NCBI GenBank assembly: GCA_047602425.1
Contig: JASGHG010000001.1
Coordinates: 2,816,001-2,880,000 of the forward strand
Length of the DNA stretch: 64,000 nt
Origin: Nibricoccus sp.
Lineage (GTDB): Bacteria; Verrucomicrobiota; Verrucomicrobiia; Opitutales; Opitutaceae
Direction: 5' to 3'
The notes under the pieces were generated by a model that made no database searches, was not told where the DNA came from, and saw only the letters and a list, made by a program, of their open reading frames with translations. Below, piece by piece: positions 30,466 to 38,855 of the stretch. The stretch's first letter is position 1. Every line of letters starts with the position of its first letter. A program made the translations under genes and the position numbers.

Positions 30466-32571
30466 TCAGGGAATGTCGATGTGCTTCTTGTAGAAGGGAG
30501 TCGGAGGCGGCACGTATTTGGGATCGAGCTTCTGGCGGATCTCGCCGGCGTCGGGCATCTTGTCGATGACTTTGAGAGCTGCTTCGTTATCGGCGGCGGT
30601 ATTGGTCAGCACGTACGGGCGGATGAACACAACGAGTTCAGTCCGGACGAGATTGCGGCTGCGGAAGCCGAGGAGATCGCCAATCCAGGGGATGGGTCCG
30701 AGGCGTTTGGATTCGCGGGTTTTATTGGTTTTCTGCATGCCGCCGAGCACGATGATTTCGTTGGATTGAACGGTGTTGAACGAATTCATCTCGCGCTTGC
30801 CGATGATGTACTGGGGATTGTTGTCGATGGTGGTGGTGCCCGTCACTTCGCTGATGACTTGAGTGATGTCGAGTTGCACGGAGCCATCGTTGCCGATGAG
30901 AGGAGTAACGGTGATGGTGGTACCGATTTCCTGTTGTTGGACGGTGGAACTGCGCGCGAAGTCGGAGGACGTGCTGTTGCCGACGCCCGACGTGGTGCCG
31001 CTGATCACCGGGCGTGTTTCACCGAAGAAGAGTTTGGCCTTCTTATTATGAGTGGTTGTGATGGCGGGGACGGAAAGGATGCGGCTGTTGTTTTTCCGTG
31101 GAGTGCTGGTCAGGGAAACAAGGCCAACGAGAGACATGTTGCCGGCGGCGGCGGCGAATTTGTCGGTGAGGAGCGTCCCATGCAAATTGGCGTAGGGCGA
31201 TGAGTTCGCGCTGGCTCCCACCGTTAGTCCAGGGACGCTTCCGGTGAAACCGATCAACTTGTTGCCAGCGACATCGAGGCCGAGCGAATCGATGCCGGTG
31301 CTGGCGGCATCCGCGAGGGTGACTTCAGCGATCACGACTTCGATGCGGACTTGGGCGAGGACGATGTCGATTTTGTCGACCAACTCCTTGATCAGACGAA
31401 TGTCGTCCATCGTGCCGTTGACGACGATCGCATTGCTGCGTTCTTCCGCGATGATGTTGACGAGGCTGCTGAATTGAGTGGAGCCGACGTCGCCGATGGC
31501 ACCGGCCAACGCCGTATTGACGACGGGTGCGGCAGGCTGATTAGGAGTGGGTGGTGGTGGAGGTTGACCGGGCTGGGTGATCATGCCGGGTTGGACAGAT
31601 CCAGTATTTTGGGCGGCCTTAGTCTGACCGGAAACGAGCTGATTCAGGATGGGGGCGACTTCTTTGGCTGCCGCGTGCTTCAGATACAGAACTTCGTTGC
31701 GCGTGTTAGGATCGGATTTGACGTCCAGTTTGGTAATGAGCTCGTCGAAGAAAGGGTGGAGGCGCGGATCGGAGAGGAGAATGACCTGGTTGGTACGATC
31801 GTCGGGCGTGTAATTAGCGGACGTGCCGATCTGCGGCTGTTGCTGCAGCATGGAGCGGATCTTGTTCACGAGCTCACTGGCTTTGGCGAAATGGATATTA
31901 TAAAATTTCGGCGTGAGGTTGGCCGTCATCGGCTGGTCCAGCCGTTGCAGCAACATTTCGATGCGTTGGATATTATTGAGCGTATCGGTGATGAGCACGC
32001 TGTTGCTTTTCTCGAAAACGACGGGCTGGCTGATGTTGCCGAGCGAAAGACCTCCGAGCATCTGGCCGATTTCTGCGGTTCGAAGAAATTGGAGCTGAAA
32101 GAGCTTCGAAACCACCTGCCCACTCGGGGGAAGATCGAGGGAGGATCCTTCGATCATCTGCGGGCTTTCGCCGCGAGCGTTTTGAAGGGCGACGACTTTG
32201 ATGAATTTGTCGCCCATGCGTACGAGGGCGATGCCATTGAGGTTGAGCAAGGTCTCTAGCGCACGCATCGCCTCGGCCTTGGTCATCGGCTGTTTGGCGA
32301 CGAGGGAAATATTGGATTGGGGAAGGGCTTGAGGGCGCAGGACGACGCGGCCAGTCCATTGTTCGATGAGCGGCATGACCAGCTCGAGCGGCATGTCGGA
32401 AAAACTCGGTGTCCCGATAGACTCCTCTCCCGGTGGTGGCGGTGCGGGACGAACCGAGACGGGCGGCGGGGTCGACTCAACGGGAGCGGAGGCCGGCGTC
32501 TGAGCAAAGGCAGGAAAGCAGCTGCTGGTCAGGGCAACCAGTAGCCACACACGGGAAAGGCGTGGGGTCAT
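30466..32571 (-). CDS. gspD: Secretin (GspD-like)
   Basis: Signal peptide; N-domains (DDRTNQV, EERSNAIVV); QVRIEVVIAEV; GPIPWIGDLL; ELVVFIRP. Confidence 0.9.
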   Translation of the reverse strand: MTPRLSRVWLLVALTSSCFPAFAQTPASAPVESTPPPVSVRPAPPPPGEESIGTPSFSDMPLELVMPLIEQWTGRVVLRPQALPQSNISLVAKQPMTKAEAMRALETLLNLNGIALVRMGDKFIKVVALQNARGESPQMIEGSSLDLPPSGQVVSKLFQLQFLRTAEIGQMLGGLSLGNISQPVVFEKSNSVLITDTLNNIQRIEMLLQRLDQPMTANLTPKFYNIHFAKASELVNKIRSMLQQQPQIGTSANYTPDDRTNQVILLSDPRLHPFFDELITKLDVKSDPNTRNEVLYLKHAAAKEVAPILNQLVSGQTKAAQNTGSVQPGMITQPGQPPPPPTPNQPAAPVVNTALAGAIGDVGSTQFSSLVNIIAEERSNAIVVNGTMDDIRLIKELVDKIDIVLAQVRIEVVIAEVTLADAASTGIDSLGLDVAGNKLIGFTGSVPGLTVGASANSSPYANLHGTLLTDKFAAAAGNMSLVGLVSLTSTPRKNNSRILSVPAITTTHNKKAKLFFGETRPVISGTTSGVGNSTSSDFARSSTVQQQEIGTTITVTPLIGNDGSVQLDITQVISEVTGTTTIDNNPQYIIGKREMNSFNTVQSNEIIVLGGMQKTNKTRESKRLGPIPWIGDLLGFRSRNLVRTELVVFIRPYVLTNTAADNEAALKVIDKMPDAGEIRQKLDPKYVPPPTPFYKKHIDIP

Positions 32572-32736
32572 GTTGTGGGCGGAGTGGGATGCGTGATACA
32601 AACTGACGGGTGCCAAATAGAGGTGAATCTCAGACGCTTGTAAACGGTGATGTGATCTAAGACGCCCCATTGTGGGTTAAGTTGCGCGATTTTGACACTT
32701 GCGGGGGCGTCATGCTCCCCCAAATCTGCCAAAACC

Positions 32737-33843
32737 ATGTCCAATCGTTTCGGCCACCTCTTTTCAATCACCACTTGGGGCGAAAGCCATGGTGGAGGTG
32801 TGGGCGTGGTGGTCGACGGCTGTCCGCCCAAGCTACCGCTGACCGCCGAGGAAATCCAAAGCGAACTTGATCGGCGCCGTCCGGGCCAAAGCGACATCGT
32901 CACGCCGCGCAAAGAAGAGGACCGCGTCGAAATTCTTTCGGGTCTCTTCGAAGGCCGCACCACCGGCACGCCCATCGGCATGCTCGTGCGCAACAACGAC
33001 CAACGTCCCGGCGCTTACGACGAAATGCGCGACAAGTTCCGGCCTTCGCACGCGGATTTTACCTATCAGGCGAAGTTCGGCCTGCGCGATCATCGCGGTG
33101 GTGGCCGCAGTTCGGCTCGGGAAACCATCGGCCGTGTGGCGGGTGGTGCCATTGCCAAAAAAATCCTCGCGCTGGCCGATCCACAGCGTCCGGTCGAGAT
33201 CCGTGCTTTTGTGAGCCGCGTGCACGACATCGAAATGCCTTCTGCGGCGCTGGCAAAATTTCCCACGCTCGCCGAGATCGAAGCGACCGCGGTGCGTTGT
33301 CCCGATGCCGCGACCGCGGCGAAAATGATCGAACGCATCAAAGCGGTGCGTTCGGAGGGCGATTCCGTCGGCGGCATTATCGAATGTCGCGTGCGCGGTC
33401 TGCCGGCCGGCTTGGGCGAACCGGTTTTTGACCGTCTCGAAGCGGACCTCGGCAAAGCGATGCTTTCGCTGCCAGCCACGAAGGGGTTTGAAATCGGCAG
33501 CGGTTTCGCGGGGACGTTTCAAAAAGGCTCGGAGCACAATGACCTTTTTGTCGTGCGCGACGGTCAGACGCGAGCTGCGACCAATCGCGCCGGCGGCGTG
33601 CTCGGCGGCATCAGCACGGGTGAGGAATTGGTCTTCCGCATCGCCTTCAAACCCACCGCAACCATCCTCCAGTCACAAAAAACCGTCGATATCCACGGGC
33701 ACGAAACCGAGCTCATGGGCAAGGGCCGCCACGATCCCTGCGTGCTTCCGCGCGCTGTACCGATTGTCGAGGCGATGACAGCGCTCGTGCTCGTCGATCA
33801 CTGGATGCGCCAGCACGCGCAATGCGGGGCGTTTAAGTTCTGA
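32737..33843 (+). CDS. aroC: Chorismate synthase
   Basis: [37 protein letters not shown]. Confidence 0.97.
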   Translation: MSNRFGHLFSITTWGESHGGGVGVVVDGCPPKLPLTAEEIQSELDRRRPGQSDIVTPRKEEDRVEILSGLFEGRTTGTPIGMLVRNNDQRPGAYDEMRDKFRPSHADFTYQAKFGLRDHRGGGRSSARETIGRVAGGAIAKKILALADPQRPVEIRAFVSRVHDIEMPSAALAKFPTLAEIEATAVRCPDAATAAKMIERIKAVRSEGDSVGGIIECRVRGLPAGLGEPVFDRLEADLGKAMLSLPATKGFEIGSGFAGTFQKGSEHNDLFVVRDGQTRAATNRAGGVLGGISTGEELVFRIAFKPTATILQSQKTVDIHGHETELMGKGRHDPCVLPRAVPIVEAMTALVLVDHWMRQHAQCGAFKF

Positions 33844-33850
33844 TTTTTTT

Positions 33851-33921
33851 GAAGCGCGAAGGCGCAACAGCGCACGGAAAACCCTGGGCTCCAACTTTGC
33901 ATCTTCCTGACTTTGCGGTTC
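33851..33921. repeat. Degenerate 9-nt-period palindromic intergenic element
   Basis: GAAGCGCGAAGGCGCAAC... / ...CTTTGCATCTTCCTGACTTTGCGGTTC. Confidence 0.45.
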
Positions 33922-33934
33922 ATTTTTTACGCAC

Positions 33935-34714
33935 ATGGCTGAATCCGAAAAACCTCTCGTCTATTTGATCCTGGGCGCCGCCCGTTCGGGCCGCCGTGAG
34001 GTCTTGTCCGACCTCATCACTGACGGGTTGGGCGAGAGCGACCGCTCGCTCGTGTTGCTCTCGGATGATGAAGTCGGCAGCGAGGCCGATCCCGCGCTGG
34101 GTTCTGTGCGCCGCTGGGTGTGGATGGACGGCCAAATCGGCACCCCGGAAGGCGTGCTGGGCGAGGCTACGCATGTGTTTTTCGTTTCCGATGGACGCCG
34201 CAATCCCGTCGACCAAATCGAGGCATTCAAAACCTGGGTGCTGGCCAACAACGGCGAAGTGGCCCGCGTGATCTGTGTGGTCAATTGCCAGCTGGCCGAA
34301 AAACACCGCGAACTCATCGCGTGGTATGAAGCCTGTATCCACTTCTCGGATATCGTGCTGCTCAATCGCCGCGAAGGCGTGGCCAACAAGTGGCTCTCGG
34401 ATTTTCAGAACCGTTTCAAAGACCAGTTCTTCCCGTGCCTGTTCGAGTTCGTGAAAGGCGGCCGCGTGAAAAATCCCGCCCTCATTCTCGATCCATTGCC
34501 GCGTCGCCTGTCTCAATTCTTCGAAGCGACCGACTTGCCGGGGGTCGATGGCGACACTGAAATCGACATGGGTATCGACGACGATGACGAGCCCCAAGAA
34601 CTCGAAGACGATGACGACGGCGAAATCATTCCAGAAGACCCGTACATGGTGCGCCTCGCCGGCGGCCACCGCGTCAAAGTGCTTCCCGATATCAGGAAGT
34701 TTTTAGGAGACTGA
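33935..34714 (+). CDS. Hypothetical protein resembling a degenerate CobW/COG0523 P-loop fold, acidic C-terminus
   Basis: VYLILGAARSGRR (Walker A-like), VICVVN, ACIHFSDIVLLNRRE (like QIAFADVILLNKTD). Confidence 0.6.
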   Translation: MAESEKPLVYLILGAARSGRREVLSDLITDGLGESDRSLVLLSDDEVGSEADPALGSVRRWVWMDGQIGTPEGVLGEATHVFFVSDGRRNPVDQIEAFKTWVLANNGEVARVICVVNCQLAEKHRELIAWYEACIHFSDIVLLNRREGVANKWLSDFQNRFKDQFFPCLFEFVKGGRVKNPALILDPLPRRLSQFFEATDLPGVDGDTEIDMGIDDDDEPQELEDDDDGEIIPEDPYMVRLAGGHRVKVLPDIRKFLGD

Positions 34715-34849
34715 TCACACTTCGCAAGGGCCGCTTGTGCCGTTAATGTCCCGCAGCCTCCATGCCGGTATAAACAAAAAGGCCGGGGCTGCTTATTTCG
34801 AAAACCGTGAAGGGCGTTCTCGATAGGGAATCGTTGTTGAATGGACAGC

Positions 34850-34879
34850 AAAAAAGAGGGCACCAACGGTGCCCTCTTT
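34850..34879 (-). terminator. Intrinsic terminator of the VPDSG-CTERM gene
   Basis: AAAGAGGGCACC-AAC-GGTGCCCTCTTT with A-run (U tail on minus strand). Confidence 0.8.
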
Positions 34880-34903
34880 GATAAAGATACGACGCAGGAA
34901 TTG

Positions 34904-35542
34904 TTAAGCTTTCAACAACCGGCGTAGACCGCCAATGGCGGCGAGGGAAGCGCCTAAAAGGGCAACCGTCGCACCGCCATCCGGCACATTGGAACCGCCA
35001 GGATTTGTGCCGCCGCCTCCTGTGTCACCTGCGGTGAGCGTGAGTTGGACGCTTTGCAGGTCAGTCCAAGGCGCCCAATGCGCTGATGGATTGGCGATCG
35101 GAACGTAGGTGAACGTGTAGGTTCCCGCTGTCAGTCCGCTGATCGTCACCGCTTGCCAAGAGTTGACCCAGGAAGGAACTTGGGAAGTCACACCACCGGT
35201 GTAATTGTTCGCGAAATCTTGAGAAGCAAAGAGGTTCGTGCCAAAGGTCAGACCGCTTGGTACCGGTGAGAATACGACAGGGCCGAATTCGTCACTCGCG
35301 ACGCCAACACCGTAGTTGAAGGCAGTCGTCGTGTCATAGGCAACGCCTTGAAGGCGTGCCGAACCTTCTGTGTCGGGTCCGTCGCCTGTGCCGTCGCCAT
35401 GATATGAGCCGAGCCAGAGATTCACTTCGCCGGCATTCACACCAGCGGTATAGCCGATGACGATCGTATGCGCTGACGCTTGTTGCGCTGCTACAAGGAG
35501 GCAAAGCAGGACCCCCGCTCCCAACTGAGTTAGTTTTTTCAT
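34904..35542 (-). CDS. VPDSG-CTERM (PEP-CTERM-like) sorting domain protein
   Basis: Signal peptide ending ASA; C-terminal VPDGGATVALLGASLAAIGGLRR. Confidence 0.9.
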   Translation of the reverse strand: MKKLTQLGAGVLLCLLVAAQQASAHTIVIGYTAGVNAGEVNLWLGSYHGDGTGDGPDTEGSARLQGVAYDTTTAFNYGVGVASDEFGPVVFSPVPSGLTFGTNLFASQDFANNYTGGVTSQVPSWVNSWQAVTISGLTAGTYTFTYVPIANPSAHWAPWTDLQSVQLTLTAGDTGGGGTNPGGSNVPDGGATVALLGASLAAIGGLRRLLKA

Positions 35543-35597
35543 TTTTGTGATATGTTTAATTGTCGATCAAGGTTTGTTCCCGATCTTAAAAAATCAT

Positions 35598-35613
35598 AGC
35601 TAATAGCATGCCG
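35598..35613 (-). promoter_or_regulatory. Candidate sigma54 (-24/-12) promoter
   Basis: Minus strand CGGCATGCTATTAGCT = GG-N10-GC about 55 nt upstream of ATG. Confidence 0.6.
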
Positions 35614-35711
35614 AAGGATTTCTAATGAAAAATTATAAGAGCTAAATCGCTTTTTATTAATAAATTATAATTTAACGAATTTAGATGGATCAGTTTGATG
35701 CGATATGAATG

Positions 35712-35728
35712 TGTAAGATTTTCCGACG
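35712..35728. promoter_or_regulatory. Candidate enhancer (PEP-CTERM-box-like) site
   Basis: TGTAAGATTTTCCGACG about 100 nt upstream of the sigma54 motif, across an AT-rich spacer; match to the PEP-CTERM box is from memory. Confidence 0.45.
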
Positions 35729-35858
35729 GCTGGTTCAATATCTCGACAGCTTTAGGAACCCGGATTGGTTGTCTACTCAAGCGCAGATCAGTCCCTCCAA
35801 TAACTCGCGAAATCTTCCAATAATGTCCTGGGTTTTGGCTTTGGCGCTGGGTTCGGCA

Positions 35859-35892
35859 CAAAAAAAGAGCAGAGCCGAAGGGCTCTGCTCTT
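35859..35892 (-). terminator. Intrinsic terminator of eda
   Basis: AAGAGCAGAGCC-GAAG-GGCTCTGCTCTT preceded by A-run. Confidence 0.85.
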
Positions 35893-35920
35893 GAAAACGG
35901 AAGCGGAAGAAAGCGCGTCT

Positions 35921-36559
35921 TTATTTCGCGGCGGCGACGGCGTCGGCGAAGGCTTTGGCCTTGGCTGTGATGGCGGCCCAGTTCTTTTCCTTGAAGGCTT
36001 TGGCATCGACGAGCGAGCTGCCTGCGGCGGTGGCGAAGGCGCCGGCTTTCAGAAATTCGCCGACGTTCTTGTCGTTCACGCCGCCAGTGGGGACGACTTC
36101 GATCTGGGGGAAGGGAGCTTTAACGGCTTTGATGTAGGCGGGGCCGAAGAATTCCGCGGGGAAAATCTTCACGGCGTCGACGCCGGCATCCCAAGTGTTG
36201 ATGACTTCGGTCGGGGTGAATGCGCCGCTCATGATCGGGCAGGAGTAGCGATGGCACATTTCGATGACTGCGGGGCGGAAGGCCGGTGTGACGATGAATT
36301 TCGCGCCGGCAAGGATGCCTGCGCGGGCGGTTTCGCCGTCGAGCACAGTGCCGAGGCCGAAAGTGAATTCGGGCATTTCGGCAGTGGCTTTTTCAAGCAT
36401 GCGAATCGCTCCGGGTGTCGTCATGGTGAGCTCGATGCTGGTGAGGCCACCGGCGGCGAGCGCTTTGGCGCAATCGAGCAGGCCGTCCGGGCTGTCGGCA
36501 CGGATCAGGGCGATGACCTTTTCATTTTTAATCTTGGTGAGTACGGCGTCTTTTTTCAT
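35921..36559 (-). CDS. eda: KDPG/KHG aldolase
   Basis: IALIR, IELTMTTP, GLGTVLD, GAKFIVTP, GAFTPTE, VKIFPA, PTGGV. Confidence 0.92.
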   Translation of the reverse strand: MKKDAVLTKIKNEKVIALIRADSPDGLLDCAKALAAGGLTSIELTMTTPGAIRMLEKATAEMPEFTFGLGTVLDGETARAGILAGAKFIVTPAFRPAVIEMCHRYSCPIMSGAFTPTEVINTWDAGVDAVKIFPAEFFGPAYIKAVKAPFPQIEVVPTGGVNDKNVGEFLKAGAFATAAGSSLVDAKAFKEKNWAAITAKAKAFADAVAAAK

Positions 36560-36724
36560 GTGTGAAAACGGGTGTGGAAGGGACGAGTGAAACCATTTCG
36601 GCGCGTGCTGAAAACTCATTTTATGCCGGACGGCGTGTAAAAGTTCATGACGTTCGGGCCAGAAGAAAGGCTTTTGCTTGGCGCGCGCTTGACGAGGTTG
36701 GCGGGAAAGCCACACGTTGAACGA

Positions 36725-37135
36725 ATGCCAACCGAAAAAAAGCCGTCCAAGAAAGCCGTTGCTGCGCCCGTCATTCCCTCTCGTTTTACCGACGGAATGA
36801 ACGCGAAGGAGCTTTTTCGGGTGGGGCGCCAGATCGGCATGTCGCCGGAGCAATGCGAACGGTTGAGCGGCGTTTCGGCCAGCAAGATGCGTCGCGGCCG
36901 GGGTGGTGAAGAAATCGTGCGGGTGGAATTTCTCGCGGCTTTCCGGCACGTCGAAAACACGTTTAACCGGGCTCTTGCTCTTTGCGGTGGCAACGAGGCC
37001 GCTGCGGTCCAATGGGTGAGCGCGTATGCGCCCGCGCTCAACGGCCGCAAGCCGATCGAAGTAGCCGAAACTCCTGCTGGAGCTAAATCGGTTGAAAAAC
37101 TTCTCGCTGTGCTCGCGGGCGCCGTGGGCGCCTGA
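36725..37135 (+). CDS. Xre/MbcA/ParS-type antitoxin-like protein
   Basis: HTH-like LSGVSASKMRR; C-terminal AAVQWVSAYAPALNGRKPIEV...GAKSVEKLL. Confidence 0.7.
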   Translation: MPTEKKPSKKAVAAPVIPSRFTDGMNAKELFRVGRQIGMSPEQCERLSGVSASKMRRGRGGEEIVRVEFLAAFRHVENTFNRALALCGGNEAAAVQWVSAYAPALNGRKPIEVAETPAGAKSVEKLLAVLAGAVGA

Positions 37136-37150
37136 GTGACAAGCCGGAGT

Positions 37151-37275
37151 CTTCGTTGCCTTCGTTTTCTTCTGTAGAGTGGATCGGCGAAAAGTTATTT
37201 TTTATAGGAGTTAACCGAGGAAACGGAGAAGGTTATTACGTGGTTCTCTGTTCCGTCAGTTGTCTCGTGTAAAAT
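37151..37275. repeat. 9-nt-period elements: one lone right arm and one degenerate complete inverted pair
   Basis: CTTCGTTGCCTTCGTTTTCTTCTGTA (24/26 identical to 47265-47290); TTTTATAGGAG..GAAACGGAGAA / TTCTCTGTTCC..CTCGTGTAAAA. Confidence 0.6.
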
Positions 37276-37301
37276 TTTTCGGATCTACCGAGGATTGAGA
37301 C

Positions 37302-38645
37302 CTAGTTGCCGTAAGGCTTCTCGACGTCGACGAGCGGGCTGGCGGGAATTTTGAAGGTTTCGACTGGGTCGGGTTTGGCCGGGTTAAAAGTCGAGAAATC
37401 GACGGCGAGATGTTTGGCGAGGTCGGGCTGAGCGGCGGCAATCCCCTTGGCGACGCACTTGGCGAGAATGTAAGCGCCGTAGTTATTGTGGTGCGTGCCG
37501 TCGACTTTGCCTTCGGCGTTGGTTGCGAAGGCCGCGGCGGATTTTTCCGCGCCGAGCGCTTCGTACAAATCCTGGCTCATGGCATGGAGATCGACGAGTG
37601 TGACGGATTTTTCGCGGGCGACCTGGCGCACAGCTTCAGGATAGTCGCCGTGGGAATTTTTGATTTTCCCGCTTTCGTCGAACGTGCGGCGGTGCATCGG
37701 CGTGACGACAATGGGCGTGCCGCCGTTTTCGCGAACTTCGTCGACGAGTTGTTCGAGCGATTTTTTATAGGTGGTGAAAGCGCCGACGCCTTCGCCTTTT
37801 TCTTTTTCGTCGTTGTGACCGAACTGGATGATCACGAAGTCGCCTTTTTTGAGCGTGCTGAAAATTTTCTCGAAACGATGCGCGCGGCGCGAACTGCGCA
37901 ACGCCTCGCCGGATTGGGCGTGATTGGCGATGGCGATATCGGGCCTAAAGAAACGCGTGAGCATCTGGCCCCAACTGGCCCAGGGTTCGCGCGGTTGATC
38001 GCAGACGGTGGAATCGCCCGTGAGGTACACGGTGGGCACATCGTCGGCGCGGGCAATTTCAACCGTGGATAGGCAGGGACGCGTGCCATTGAATTCCAGC
38101 GTGAGGCGATTGTCCCATGCCCAGATTTCCATGGTTTTCTCGCGGGGCTTGAGCGCGACGTCGTCGGGCGCGTTCTCGATATGCGGCGTGCGGATGTTGA
38201 CGATGAAGCTGCGCGTGACGATTTCGCCTTTGGCGGTTTTAACCTGTTGGAGCATGAGGCGCCGCAACTCAGCCTTGACGGTGGTATCCGATTCGCCGGC
38301 GGGATCGCCGAGGGTGACAGTGACTCGGTAATTTCCCTCGGGCAGCGCGGCGGAAAAATAAAAGGGTTTGTCGCTCGTGCAAAAACCGCCGCCGGGGCTT
38401 TTCGTGTCGGTTTTCGCAATCGTCGTGGACCCCGCCTCGAATCCGAAACCGCGATTGTCGGAGTAAATGGAATCGGAGGTTACCGAGGTGAAGCCCGCGG
38501 GCGCGGCACCCGGAGCAAAGCTGAATTTTCGTGCAGGATTTTCGGTTTCGCCAGCGACAAGACGGGTCGCGGTGACCGCGAGCAAAGCGACTGCGCAAAA
38601 TTGATTTTTCAGCAGGAAGTAAAAGGGGGCACGGAGAGCTTTCAT
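37302..38645 (-). CDS. Rhamnogalacturonan acetylesterase (CE12, SGNH/GDSL) with N-terminal beta domain
   Basis: GDSTV, SWGQML, NHAQSG, IQFGHND, DGTHHN; signal peptide. Confidence 0.88.
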   Translation of the reverse strand: MKALRAPFYFLLKNQFCAVALLAVTATRLVAGETENPARKFSFAPGAAPAGFTSVTSDSIYSDNRGFGFEAGSTTIAKTDTKSPGGGFCTSDKPFYFSAALPEGNYRVTVTLGDPAGESDTTVKAELRRLMLQQVKTAKGEIVTRSFIVNIRTPHIENAPDDVALKPREKTMEIWAWDNRLTLEFNGTRPCLSTVEIARADDVPTVYLTGDSTVCDQPREPWASWGQMLTRFFRPDIAIANHAQSGEALRSSRRAHRFEKIFSTLKKGDFVIIQFGHNDEKEKGEGVGAFTTYKKSLEQLVDEVRENGGTPIVVTPMHRRTFDESGKIKNSHGDYPEAVRQVAREKSVTLVDLHAMSQDLYEALGAEKSAAAFATNAEGKVDGTHHNNYGAYILAKCVAKGIAAAQPDLAKHLAVDFSTFNPAKPDPVETFKIPASPLVDVEKPYGN

Positions 38646-38855
38646 AGTAATTGTCGATCTTGGCTTCAGGATCAATGGACGGGCAACCGTGTCTTGCGCC
38701 GGACCGTCAGAGTGTTGGGGATAATTTACGGTAAAGCAAAAAATCGCGCGGACGCTCTGGATGCGCGCTGGCGGAACGAAGGGCGAGTCTTATGGTGGCT
38801 GTTCCGCGGCTGATAGCCTTCGCCGCCATATCGCTTCCACAATCCGCAACGCCCC

